Assembly (NCBI GenBank): GCA_037481655.1
Contig: JBBFLF010000002.1
Coordinates: forward strand, 1,856-65,855
Reading direction: 5' to 3'
DNA: 64,000 nucleotides
Origin: Desulfobaccales bacterium
Lineage (GTDB): Bacteria; Desulfobacterota; Desulfobaccia; Desulfobaccales; 0-14-0-80-60-11
Made by a program: the position numbers and the translations under genes. Numbering within the stretch: the first letter of the stretch is position 1; the number at the start of each line of letters is the position of its first letter. Positions 40,002 through 49,931 of the stretch are shown here, piece after piece. The notes below the pieces were generated by a model, which did not search any database, was not told the origin of the DNA, and worked only from the letters and a program-made list of their open reading frames with translations.

Positions 40002-40649
40002 TCAGGTAGTGTAGCCCTTTTCCACCGCGTAGCGCACCAGGTCGGTGATCCGCTTCAGCTTCAGTTTGCGCAGGATGTTGTTGCGGTGGTTGTGCACCGT
40101 GCGCTGGCTGATGAAGAGGAGATCGGCGATCTCCTTGCTGGATTTGCCTTCGGCGATGAGTTTCAGCACCTGCTTTTCCCTGAGGGACAGGACCTCTTCG
40201 GCGCTGCGGCGGCGCCCCTGGAATTCCTCAGCCAGCATTTCCTGGATTTCCGGGGCCATGCGGGGGGAGAAATATTTTTTCCCCTGCCGCAAGGCCTTGA
40301 TCGCCGCCTGCAACTCCTCCACGGCATCTTCTTTGACCAGGAAGCCCTCGGCGCCGGCCTTGAAGGCGTGGTAGAGATACTCCCGCTCCTTGTGCATGGT
40401 GAGGACCAGGACCTTGGCGGCGGGGCAGGAGGATTTGATCTCATAGAGGGCCTCCACGCCCCGGAGGCGGGGCATGGACAGGTCCAGGACGATGAGATGG
40501 GGGGTGAGGCGCTTCAGGAGCTGCAACAGTTCCAGGCCGTCACCGGCCTCCCCCACCACCTCCACGCCCGGAATCTCCTCCAACAGACGCCGTACGCCCT
40601 GGCGGAACATGGCGTGATCGTCGGCCAGCAGGATGCGGAAGGGAATCAC
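40002..40649 (-). CDS. NarL/LuxR-family response regulator
   Basis: LADDH, LDLSMP, LTMH, HTH LSLREKQVLKLIAEGKSSKEIA; GTG start overlaps the kinase stop. Confidence 0.95.
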   Translation of the reverse strand: MIPFRILLADDHAMFRQGVRRLLEEIPGVEVVGEAGDGLELLQLLKRLTPHLIVLDLSMPRLRGVEALYEIKSSCPAAKVLVLTMHKEREYLYHAFKAGAEGFLVKEDAVEELQAAIKALRQGKKYFSPRMAPEIQEMLAEEFQGRRRSAEEVLSLREKQVLKLIAEGKSSKEIADLLFISQRTVHNHRNNILRKLKLKRITDLVRYAVEKGYTT

Positions 40650-43600
40650 GTCTTTTTCTCTCCGGCCGGGAGGGGCAAGCGGAAGCGGAGGCATGTCCCT
40701 TGGCCCGGGATGCTCTCCAGGCTCAGCTCCCCCCCCAGCAGGTGCAGGCGTTCGGCCATGGCGGCGAGGCCCAGCCCCCGGGCCGTGGCCGGCGCCTCCG
40801 GGGGTGTCGGGCAGCCCACGCCGTTATCCCTCACCTCCCCCACCAGCTCTGTCCCCTGGCGGGCCAGGTGGAGCCAGACCCGGGTGGCCCGGGCATGCTT
40901 GTGAATGTTGCTCAGGGCTTCCTGGAAGACCCGGTAGAGATGGAGCTGGGCCTCCGGGAAGAGGAGATGGTCCACCGGCTGGAAATGGCTCTCCAGGCGC
41001 AGATCCTCATGGTGGGCCTGAAATTCCTGGGCCAGATGCCGCAAGGCGGCGGTGAGGCCCAAGTCCTCCAGGAGGGCCGGACTCAGATCCCGGGAGAGGC
41101 GGCGAATATTCTCCACCAGGGTATCGATATAGGCCAGGGTGCCCCGGCAATCCGCCTGGACTTCATGGTCACCCAGTTTCCGGGCCAGCGCCTGGACCTG
41201 CATCTTCAGCACCATGAGGGATTGGCCCACTTCATCGTGCAGCTCCCGGGACAGGCGGCGCCGCTCCTCCTCCTGGGCGCTGAGGAGGCGGGTGGTGAGG
41301 TGCCGGAGCTGCTGCTCCGCTTCCCTCAGGGGGCTGATGTCCCGGGCGAGGGTGGAGTAAAACTGCTCCCGCCCGGCCTCATCTTTATGCACCAGGATCA
41401 CCTGGGAGAGGGGGATTTCCCGGCCGTTTCGGGTGAGCAAAGCGGTCTCGCCCTGCCAGACCCCTCGCTTCCGGGCCGCCGGCAGGCCTTCGGTGAGGAT
41501 CTTTTCCCGGGCCCAAGGGGGGTGGCAGGCGGAGATATGCAGATCTGTAATATCCTCTCCCGGTTCCAGTTCCAACAGACGCCGACCCGCTTCGTTGATG
41601 TACTGAACCTTCCCGGACGTGTCGCTGATGCCCACGAAATCCGGGGTGGCCTCCAGGATGGCGGTGAGACGGCGCTGGCCTTCCCGGGCCCGCACCTCCT
41701 GGGTGACATCATGCAGGGAAAAGACCAGGAAGTCCACCTCACCCGTCTCATCCAGGATGGGCGCCAGGATCCAGTCCCAGTAGGTCACCCCCAGCTCCGG
41801 GCGGTCGGGGAAGACAAAGGGCTTGGCGGTGGCCACATAGGGGGTTTTCCTTTCCACCACCTCCCTGAAGATGGCTTCATTTTCCGGATGAGGATAGAAC
41901 TCGAAATGGTTGTGGCCCGCGAAGGAGTCCACCGGGCGGCCGCAGGCCCGGGCGTAGGCCTCATTGACCCGGAGGAAATTGAACTCCCGGTTCAGGAAGA
42001 CCAGGGGCGTGAGGGTGTGTTGAAAAAAGGCCTCCAGGATGCGGGATTGTTCCCGGACTTCCTCCTCCGCCTGTTTGCGGGCGGTGATGTCGATGCCCAT
42101 CTCCAGGACCAGGGGCGCACCGTCCACGTCGGCGAAGGGATAATCGTAAATCTGGTAGGTTCGGCCGTCGCTGCAGGTCCATTCCCAGATATGGGGGGTG
42201 CCGGTCTCAAACACCCGGGTGGTGGGGCAGTCCGCGCAGGGTCGGTCCCGGCCCCAGAGGATCTGATGGCAGGTCCGCCCCTGGGGGTCCCCGAAGTGCT
42301 CCCGGAAATAGCGGTTGGCGAAGACCACCCGATGCTCCGGGGTCTGCAAGAAGATATACGCCGGCAGGTGGTCCAGGAGCTCAAAGAGGCGGCGCCTCTC
42401 GGTCTCCAGGGCCGCCTGGGCCTGGCGCAGGGTGGAGATATCCTGCCCCACCACGATGATCTCCGCCGGCTGGCCGGCGGGGTCCCGCACCAGATTGGCG
42501 TTCCACAGCAGCAGCCGCTCCCCGCCGTTTTGCTGGAGAAGGGGCATCTCCAGCTCTCGGAGGGCCTCACCGGCCACCAGGCGGGCCAGATGCCGGCGGG
42601 CGAGCTCCTGCACCCGGCTGGGGAGGAGCAGGGAGATGGCGTCCTGGGTGAGGGCCTCCTCCCGGCGCCAGCCGCTCAGGCGCTCCGCTTCCTGGTTGAA
42701 CTCCAGGATGCGGCCGAGGGGGCAGAGGGTCATGACAAAGCTGGCCGCCCCCTGAAACAGGGCCTGGTAGCGGGCCGCGGCCTCCTGCAGCCGGGCCTCG
42801 GCCTGCCGGCGCTGGTCCATCTCCTGCTTCAGCCAGGCCACGGCCGCCTCCAGCTCCGCGGTGCGGGCCGCCACCCGCTCCTGCAGGAGCTGCTCCTCCT
42901 GCTTGAGGGGAGTAATATCCTCGGCCAGGACAAAGAAGCCGTGGATGGCGCCGTTCTCGCCCCGATGGGGCCGATAGCGCACCTGAAAATGCCGCGGCAG
43001 GCTCTCCGGCCCCGGGCGGGAAATCTGGAAGTCCACGTCCTCCCCCGCCAAGGCCCGGAGCATCTGGGGCTCCTCCTGCTGATGCCGTTTTTCTCCCAGG
43101 ATCTCCTTGACCGGGCGTCCCACGATCTCTTCCGCCGGCTGGCCCAGATATCGGGCGAGGGCGCGGTTCACCAGGCGGTAGCGCTGCCCGGCATCCACAT
43201 AGGCGATGAAGGCCGGCAGGCTGTCGGCCATGAGCTCCAGCATCTCCTGGCGATGCCTGAGCTCCTCCTCCTGGCGGGCCTTGACCAGGGCGATGGCCGC
43301 CAGCTCGGCGAAGGCCTCCGCCAGGCGGCAGTCCTCCGGGGTAAAGCCCCCGGGCTTGTTGGCCAAGCCCAGCAGCCCCACAGTGTGACCGCCGAAGGTC
43401 AAGGGCGCGAAAAGGACATTCTCCAGCTCCACGTGCCCGGGAGGGAGGAATTGGCGGTGCTTGCTCAGGGAAAAGTGGTTGTCATAGACCGCCCGGCCTT
43501 GGGCGTAGGCTGCCTGGCGCAAGCCCCGGATCGGCATGGGCAGGCTGGGGTCCACGGTGCAGGGCCGACCGCCGGCCTCCAGGAAGACGAGCTCGTTGGC

Positions 43601-43807
43601 GCGTCCGTCGGCGGTGGTGAGGGAGATGTAGCCGCCTTCCGCTCCCAACAGGTCCCGACAGTGCTGGAAAATGGTGCGGGCCACGCCCGCAAAGGTGTCC
43701 TGGCTGAGAATGGCCCGGGCTGCGGCCAGCAGGCCGGCCAGTTCCCGTTCCCGGGACTGCGGCCCCTCACCGGCCCGGTCTGAGAAAGGCTGATGGGAAG
43801 AGTTCAT
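40646..43807 (-). CDS. Cytoplasmic GAF plus multi-PAS sensor histidine kinase (HisKA_3)
   Basis: N-terminal GAF, about five PAS/PAC repeats, ERRRLSRELHDEVGQ, EALSNIHKHA, DNGVG, RGLGL. Confidence 0.92.
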   Translation of the reverse strand: MNSSHQPFSDRAGEGPQSRERELAGLLAAARAILSQDTFAGVARTIFQHCRDLLGAEGGYISLTTADGRANELVFLEAGGRPCTVDPSLPMPIRGLRQAAYAQGRAVYDNHFSLSKHRQFLPPGHVELENVLFAPLTFGGHTVGLLGLANKPGGFTPEDCRLAEAFAELAAIALVKARQEEELRHRQEMLELMADSLPAFIAYVDAGQRYRLVNRALARYLGQPAEEIVGRPVKEILGEKRHQQEEPQMLRALAGEDVDFQISRPGPESLPRHFQVRYRPHRGENGAIHGFFVLAEDITPLKQEEQLLQERVAARTAELEAAVAWLKQEMDQRRQAEARLQEAAARYQALFQGAASFVMTLCPLGRILEFNQEAERLSGWRREEALTQDAISLLLPSRVQELARRHLARLVAGEALRELEMPLLQQNGGERLLLWNANLVRDPAGQPAEIIVVGQDISTLRQAQAALETERRRLFELLDHLPAYIFLQTPEHRVVFANRYFREHFGDPQGRTCHQILWGRDRPCADCPTTRVFETGTPHIWEWTCSDGRTYQIYDYPFADVDGAPLVLEMGIDITARKQAEEEVREQSRILEAFFQHTLTPLVFLNREFNFLRVNEAYARACGRPVDSFAGHNHFEFYPHPENEAIFREVVERKTPYVATAKPFVFPDRPELGVTYWDWILAPILDETGEVDFLVFSLHDVTQEVRAREGQRRLTAILEATPDFVGISDTSGKVQYINEAGRRLLELEPGEDITDLHISACHPPWAREKILTEGLPAARKRGVWQGETALLTRNGREIPLSQVILVHKDEAGREQFYSTLARDISPLREAEQQLRHLTTRLLSAQEEERRRLSRELHDEVGQSLMVLKMQVQALARKLGDHEVQADCRGTLAYIDTLVENIRRLSRDLSPALLEDLGLTAALRHLAQEFQAHHEDLRLESHFQPVDHLLFPEAQLHLYRVFQEALSNIHKHARATRVWLHLARQGTELVGEVRDNGVGCPTPPEAPATARGLGLAAMAERLHLLGGELSLESIPGQGTCLRFRLPLPAGEKKT

Positions 43808-44176
43808 GCCTGACGCAGGCAGTACATGGGAATGGGCCCCAGGGGATTTTTATCCCTTTAACGGCATTATATTACCATAAGGCCCCAAAATTAAAGGTGG
43901 GTGGCGGAAAACTGCCGCGGATTTGCCACCAGCCCGGCGTAAAGCCAGACAAGTGTGAGAGGTGTAATCCCTAGGATGGGAGAATCAACCAGAACTAAAC
44001 CTCCTCTCTTTAATCGGCCCCTCCCTTTTTCCTGATTAATTTTCCGCCCGAGAGTCAGGCGCCTTTGCCGAATCCGCTCTCTGACCGTCCTGCTCCTCCC
44101 CCCTTTTTTGCTTGCCTCGGGAAACCTCTTGCCGCTCCCGTCCTGCCTCGCCGTCCCTCATCCCCCGTCCTTCACG

Positions 44177-44241
44177 GCCGCCCTTCCCCGCCGCCCTTCC
44201 CCGCCGCCCTTCCCCGCCGCTCTGCCCCGCCGCTCTCCCCC
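44177..44241. repeat. 13-bp tandem repeat, 5 copies (3 perfect GCCGCCCTTCCCC, 2 degenerate)
   Basis: Read directly: units start at 44177, 44190, 44203, 44216 and 44229. Confidence 0.9.
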
Positions 44242-44303
44242 GCCCTGCCCTACACTGCCGCCCTGTGGCCTTCGTGGTCCTCCTCTATGTCCCTCGCCCG
44301 CCG

Positions 44304-44600
44304 TCAGGGCCGGGCTGGGGGAGCCTCCGCCTCCCGGGGCCGGGAGGGCTTTTTCACCGCCTGTTTCAGGTGCAGGCGCACCCCCTGATTGGTGAGGTGC
44401 TCTTCGGTGAGGAGGCGCTTGATGGTGTCGATGATGTCCAGATCCGCGGCGGTGTATTCCCGGCGCCGGGACGGGGTGCGTTCCGGGCGCAGGAATTCCG
44501 GAAAGCACTTTTCCCAGTATCGCAGGGTGGACTTGCGCACCCCCGTCAACTTGGAGACCTGGTCGATATTGAGCATGATATTGCGCCGGCTGACCTCCAT
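44304..44600 (-). CDS. MerR-family HTH regulator (DNA-binding domain only)
   Basis: NIDQVSKLTGVRKSTLRYWE...RREYT. Confidence 0.88.
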   Translation of the reverse strand: MEVSRRNIMLNIDQVSKLTGVRKSTLRYWEKCFPEFLRPERTPSRRREYTAADLDIIDTIKRLLTEEHLTNQGVRLHLKQAVKKPSRPREAEAPPARP

Positions 44601-44822
44601 GACTGGCACCTTCCTGAGCGAATGTCCTGGAGCACGTAAAGATTCCTGAGCCTTCTGCACTACTTTTCGAACTACTGGGCAAATCCCTTTAATTTGTGAC
44701 CGGTGGGCAGGGCCGGGGGAAAATGGCTCCCCTTCCGCTTTCGGGCCAACTTCGACCACGTCGCCCCGGCATTTTTGTGCTATGGTACGACAAACTCCGA
44801 CCTGAGTTCATGGGAGGGCGCC

Positions 44823-47800
44823 ATGGGTGCCGGTGGGAGAGGGCCAGGCCTGAGGGGCCTCCTGGGGATCACCCTGGGGGTGGTGTGGATGCTCATGGTG
44901 GGGGGCCCGGCGGCTGCCGGAACGCAGCCGGCACGCCCAGGGGGGCCTCCCGGCTTCGACCCGGAGAGGGAATTCACTGTGGTGGCCATCCAGCCGGAGG
45001 CGGCCAAAGGGGAGGTGCGCCTGGTCTTCAGCCACCCGGTCCCCAAAGAAGTATTGCAGGCGCACCTGAAGTTTCTCCCCCGCCTGAAGGTGGATTGGGG
45101 CGAAAGCCGCCTCAGTCCCGAGGGCGTCCTCACCCTCAAGGGCAGCTTCCGTTACGGGCGGCGCTATGCCGTGCACCTGCCGGAGGGCCTGGAGGTGGGC
45201 GGGCGGCGCTACCGGCAGACAGTGAGCCAGTTCTTTCTCCCAGATCGCCCCCCCTTCCTCGAATTCGTGGATGACAAAACCGTCCTGGAGAGGCAGAGCC
45301 GGCAGCTCTTCCATGTCCGGGCGGAAAATGCCGGGCCCCTGGAGGTGGAGGCGCTGACGGTGCCGCCCCTGCTGCTCGCCCCTGCCCTGGCCGCCCAGGC
45401 GCGGGGCCGGCCGCCGACTGAGCTTGCTGAGGAGCTGGGCGCCGCCCTGCAGGAACTCGGGCCCCTGGCGAAGCAGCGTCCCTTTGCCCTCTTCGCCGGC
45501 GAGGCGATGCTGGAAAAACAGCTCTTCGGGGTCACCCTGGACAAGAACCGCCTCCAGGCGGTCTCCCTGCCTCTCACCTTCCGGCGGCAGCATCAGGAAG
45601 GGGGCCTGGTCTATCTCCGGGTTAAGAACGCCGGGCCGGGCGACTCCGCCACTTCGCCCCGTCTCTTTCGCCTCACCGACCTGGGCCTCACCTACAAGCG
45701 GGGCCAGGGGGGGCTCTTGGTCTGGGCCACCTCCCTTAAGGAGGGCCGGCCGCTGGCCGGGGTCCAGGTGCTGGCCTGCACCCGGGACTTCCAGGTGTTT
45801 CCCCTGGGAGAGACGGGCCCCGACGGCGTCCTGGTCTTCCCGGGCCGGGAGCTGGCGGGCCTCAGTCTGGCGCGGCAAGGCGCCTTCGCCCGGGTCAGCC
45901 GCCGGGTGGATCCAGGGGAGGTGGCCTTTCTCTTGGCGGGCAAAGAAAAGGATTGCACCTATGTGGAGGTGCGCCCTCGGGGGGATATGAAGCCGGCCGA
46001 GGTATGGCAGGAGCCCCTCAACGGCATGGTCCCTCCGCAACGGGGGCATCTCTTCACCGAGCGGGGCGTGTATCGCCCCGGGGAGACGGTCTATTTCAAA
46101 GGCACGGTGCGGGAATGGCGGGAGGGCCGCATCGTCGCCCCGGCCGGGGGCCGGGTGACGGTGAGCGCGGTCAATCCCAAGGGCGAGAGCCTCCTGGACA
46201 CGGAGCTTACCCTGTCGGAATTCGGTACCGCCGCGGGTGAGTTCCGCCTGCCGGGCCACAGCCCCTTGGGCACCTACACCCTGACCATGCGCTTCGGCGC
46301 CGAGGCGGCAGAGAGCCCAGGGGAGGAGGAGCCTGACAACGGGAACCACCCCCGGCGGCCCCGGGAGGAGGCCAAAACCACTTTTGAGGTGCAGGAGTTC
46401 ACTCCGCCCCGCCATTTCGTGGAGCTGGATTTCTCCCGGCACACCCGGGAGCTCCCGGAATATGTGGGCGTGACGGCCAAAAGGGAGTTCGTCCAGATCA
46501 GGATCAGCGGCCATTATTATGCCGGCGGGCCGGTGAAAAACGGGCAGGTGCGCTGGAAGATCTCCCGGGCCAAAACCTCCTTCCCCCAGGCGGAGCGGCC
46601 GGGATTCACCTTCGGCTATGACGAGGGGCGGCGGGAGGAGCTCATCGAGGCGGGGCAGGCCCTCCTGGATGAACACGGCCGGGCCGAGATTTCCTTTCCT
46701 CTGGACCAGGCGGTGCTCACCGGACGCCAAGGATTGCTGGTGATGGCCACGGTGCTGGACTTCGACGGCCGGGCCGCCTCCCACAGCCGCACCTTCCAGG
46801 TGGAGCCGGAGGTGCTATTGGGCCTCAAGCCCCCTGCCGGCCCCGTGCGGGTAGGGGGGGAGCTCAGGGTCGGGGTCATGGCGCTGCGTCAGGGGCGGCC
46901 GCTGGCTGAGGGCACCCTGCAGGCCGAGATCTTCACCGAAGGCTGGAGCTATGTGGCCAAGCGCAATGAGCAGGGGGATCTCTACTGGGATGACCAGCAG
47001 GTCTGGCGGCGGCTGAGCCAACAGAGCCTCCGCCTCGTCAAGGGGGAAGCGGTCTTCGCCACCGGAGTGGCCCACGGGGGACAATACCTGATATCGGTGA
47101 GCTATCGGGATCCCGCTGGCCGCACCTATGCCGCGGCGCTGCCGGTGTCGGTGGAATGGGCCTTCGACGATGAAGGCCGGCGCAAACGGCCGGTTCCTTA
47201 TCATCCCCTGACCCTGGCCGCCGACCGGGCCGCCTATGAGCCCGGCCAGACGGCAAGACTCTTCCTGAGCTCCTCCCGGCCGGTGAGCCACTATCTGGTC
47301 ACCGTGGAGCGGCAGGGGGTCATGCAGCACCGGGTGGTGGCCGCCAGCGGCCCTTCCCAGGAGCTGGAGCTCCCCATTTTGCCGGACTTTGCCCCCAATG
47401 TTTACGTGTCCGTCCTGGGCCTTAGTCCCCGGGGGGACTTCCCCCTGTATTCCGGCGCCTATGACGCCGAGGCCCCGGGCTGCCTCTGGGCCAATGTGAA
47501 CCTGCCGGTGCGCCTGCAGGTGGAGGGGCTCAAGGTGGCCATCGCGGCGGAGCGCCCGGAGCTCAAGGCCGAACCCGGCCAGAGCTTCACTCTGGACCTG
47601 CAGGTCACGGGGGCGAAGGGGAAGGGCGCGGAGGCCGAAGTGGCGCTGGCCGTGGTGGATGAGGCGGTTTTAGCCCTCACCGCCTACAAAACCCCCACCC
47701 TGGAGTCCCTCCTGCGCTTCGATCTGCCGCTGAGGGTCAGCACCGGGGATCTCAGGGCCCTGCTCCTGCACCAGACCCCCTTCCGGCTGGCCCGAAGCGA

Positions 47801-49931
47801 ACCTTTGACCGGCGGCGGCGGCCTGCAGGAGGACCTGGTGGCCAAGCTCCGGAAGGATTTCAAGGCCGTGGCCTACTTCAACCCGGCAGTGCGCACCGAC
47901 CCGCAAGGGCGGGCAAAAGTGTCTTTTACTTTGCCGGACAATCTCACCACTTTCCGGGTTTATGCAGTGGCCCTGGATCGGGGCAGCCGCTTCGCCAGCG
48001 CCGAGCGCGCGCTTGTGGTCAGCAAGGATTTCTATCTGGAACCCGGCCTGCCCGGGTTTTTCACCGTGGGCGACACCTTCCGCTTCCTGGTGAATGCCGT
48101 CAATCACACGCCCACAGCCGGGGAGGTGAGCCTGAGCGCCGTGGCGGAGGGGGGCCTGTTTCTCAAGGCCGAGGAGCCCCGCGCTCCCCTCCCCCCCAAA
48201 GACAGCCGCAAGCTGGCGGTGAGCGGCCAGGCGGCGGAGGCCGGCCCGGCGGCCGCGCGGTTCGCCGCCCGTTTCGACGGCCGGGCGGATGCGGTGGAGC
48301 TGCCGCTGAGGGTGCGCTCCGGCTTCCTCACCGGCACCGAGGTGCATTTCGGGTCCCTGACCGGCACCACCGAGGTGGCGGTGCCGCTGCCGCCGGAGAT
48401 GGCCGCCGCCCCGGAGGCGAAAAAGCTGGCCGGGGAGACCAGGGCGGTCCTCACCCTCACCGGCTCCCCCTTCTTGCGCCTGCGGCCGGCCTTGCAGTAT
48501 CTCTTCACTTACCCTTATGGCTGCGCCGAGCAGACCGCCTCCGGCGTTTTGGGCCTGGCGGCCTTGAGAAACCCGGTGCGCCAGGGGATGCTGGACCGCC
48601 CCTCTCCCGAGGAGCTGGACCGCTTTCTGGAGAAAGGCATCAGCCGGCTCCTCACCATGCAGACCACCAACGGCGGCTTTGCTTACTGGCCGGGACAGCG
48701 GGAGGCCCATCCCTGGGCCAGCCTCTATGCCACCGCGGCGCTGGCTGTGGCCCAGCGGCAGGGGGTCCCGGTGCCTGCCGAAGGGCTGGAGCGGGCCCAT
48801 GAGTATCTGAAGGCCCGGCTGCGGGAAGGCCGCACCCCGCCGGAATACAAGGCCTTCGGCGCCTATCTCTTGAGCCTGGGCGGGGCCTTGGACCGCAAAC
48901 TCTATACCCAGACGGCCCCAGAAGAGCCCCGCCTCTCCCGGGAGGGCAAGTTGCTCCTCATCCTGGCCGCGGCTCAGGCCAAACTGAAGCCGGCCAAGGA
49001 ACTCAGCGCCGCTCTCCGCCCCCTGATGCTGCCCCGGGCGGAAAAAGAGCTCTGGCAGGATGAATTCCATGCCCGCTTCCGGCCGCAGGCCCTGGCGGTG
49101 CTGGCCGGCCAGGTGCTCCTGCCGGGGGACCCGACGGTCCGGGAGGCGGCCCATCAGCTTTTGGCAGGGATGGACCGCCAGGGACGCTGGACCTCCACCA
49201 GCGACACCGGCTGGTGCCTGCTGGCCCTGGCGGAATACTTCAAGGGCCTGACTTTTGCCCAGGAACCCGCCGAGATCAGCGTCAGCCAGCCGGGGGGGTC
49301 GCCGCAGCGGCTGCGGGTCGATCCCAAGAGTTTCCGCACCGTGGCCCTGAATCCGGAGCTGCTGCTGCGGTCCCCTCGCGTAACCCTCGCCGGGCCGCCG
49401 GGCACCACCTGGCTTTATGAGCTGGCCCTCACGTATCCCCGGGTGGACGCCAGCGTCAGCGGGGAGGCCGCCGGGTTCAAGGTGAAGAAGACCATCGCCA
49501 ACACCGATGGCTCGCCGCAGATCCGGGTGGGGGACCTGGTGAAGGTCACGGTGGAGCTGGAAACCGACCTGCCCGGCCTGCAGTATGTGGTGCTGGATGA
49601 CCCTCTGCCCGCGGGCCTGGTGGCCATCAACACCGCCTTCAAAACTGAAGAGCCCCTCCCCGAAGGGGAGGACCAGGAGTCGGAAGACGACTTCGACTAT
49701 CTGGACCCGGTGGGCCGGATGCGGTTCCGCCCCAGCTTCTTTGAGATCCGCCAGGACCGGGTGCTGGCCTTCCGGGACTGGCTCTGGCGGGGCCCCCAGG
49801 TCTTTGAATATTATGCCCGGGCGGTGTGCGAAGGCTCCTTTGTGGTGCCCGGCACGCAGGTGTCGGCCATGTATGCCCCCAAGGTTCGGGGCTCCTCCCC
49901 TCAGTCCCGCCTGGAGGTCAAGGGGCGCTGA
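44823..49931 (+). CDS. yfhM: Bacterial alpha-2-macroglobulin (MG2 domains, thioester domain)
   Basis: FTERGVYRPGETV, LPDNLTTFRV, thioester YPYGCAEQ, DDPLPAGL. Start estimated at ATG 44823. Confidence 0.93.
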   Translation: MGAGGRGPGLRGLLGITLGVVWMLMVGGPAAAGTQPARPGGPPGFDPEREFTVVAIQPEAAKGEVRLVFSHPVPKEVLQAHLKFLPRLKVDWGESRLSPEGVLTLKGSFRYGRRYAVHLPEGLEVGGRRYRQTVSQFFLPDRPPFLEFVDDKTVLERQSRQLFHVRAENAGPLEVEALTVPPLLLAPALAAQARGRPPTELAEELGAALQELGPLAKQRPFALFAGEAMLEKQLFGVTLDKNRLQAVSLPLTFRRQHQEGGLVYLRVKNAGPGDSATSPRLFRLTDLGLTYKRGQGGLLVWATSLKEGRPLAGVQVLACTRDFQVFPLGETGPDGVLVFPGRELAGLSLARQGAFARVSRRVDPGEVAFLLAGKEKDCTYVEVRPRGDMKPAEVWQEPLNGMVPPQRGHLFTERGVYRPGETVYFKGTVREWREGRIVAPAGGRVTVSAVNPKGESLLDTELTLSEFGTAAGEFRLPGHSPLGTYTLTMRFGAEAAESPGEEEPDNGNHPRRPREEAKTTFEVQEFTPPRHFVELDFSRHTRELPEYVGVTAKREFVQIRISGHYYAGGPVKNGQVRWKISRAKTSFPQAERPGFTFGYDEGRREELIEAGQALLDEHGRAEISFPLDQAVLTGRQGLLVMATVLDFDGRAASHSRTFQVEPEVLLGLKPPAGPVRVGGELRVGVMALRQGRPLAEGTLQAEIFTEGWSYVAKRNEQGDLYWDDQQVWRRLSQQSLRLVKGEAVFATGVAHGGQYLISVSYRDPAGRTYAAALPVSVEWAFDDEGRRKRPVPYHPLTLAADRAAYEPGQTARLFLSSSRPVSHYLVTVERQGVMQHRVVAASGPSQELELPILPDFAPNVYVSVLGLSPRGDFPLYSGAYDAEAPGCLWANVNLPVRLQVEGLKVAIAAERPELKAEPGQSFTLDLQVTGAKGKGAEAEVALAVVDEAVLALTAYKTPTLESLLRFDLPLRVSTGDLRALLLHQTPFRLARSEPLTGGGGLQEDLVAKLRKDFKAVAYFNPAVRTDPQGRAKVSFTLPDNLTTFRVYAVALDRGSRFASAERALVVSKDFYLEPGLPGFFTVGDTFRFLVNAVNHTPTAGEVSLSAVAEGGLFLKAEEPRAPLPPKDSRKLAVSGQAAEAGPAAARFAARFDGRADAVELPLRVRSGFLTGTEVHFGSLTGTTEVAVPLPPEMAAAPEAKKLAGETRAVLTLTGSPFLRLRPALQYLFTYPYGCAEQTASGVLGLAALRNPVRQGMLDRPSPEELDRFLEKGISRLLTMQTTNGGFAYWPGQREAHPWASLYATAALAVAQRQGVPVPAEGLERAHEYLKARLREGRTPPEYKAFGAYLLSLGGALDRKLYTQTAPEEPRLSREGKLLLILAAAQAKLKPAKELSAALRPLMLPRAEKELWQDEFHARFRPQALAVLAGQVLLPGDPTVREAAHQLLAGMDRQGRWTSTSDTGWCLLALAEYFKGLTFAQEPAEISVSQPGGSPQRLRVDPKSFRTVALNPELLLRSPRVTLAGPPGTTWLYELALTYPRVDASVSGEAAGFKVKKTIANTDGSPQIRVGDLVKVTVELETDLPGLQYVVLDDPLPAGLVAINTAFKTEEPLPEGEDQESEDDFDYLDPVGRMRFRPSFFEIRQDRVLAFRDWLWRGPQVFEYYARAVCEGSFVVPGTQVSAMYAPKVRGSSPQSRLEVKGR

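Noticed and set aside
40700-43783. 1027-aa plus-strand ORF
   Set aside because: Antisense shadow of the GAF-PAS kinase.
44177-44241. Possible CRISPR array
   Set aside because: Units are 13 bp, directly adjacent, with no spacers and no cas genes.
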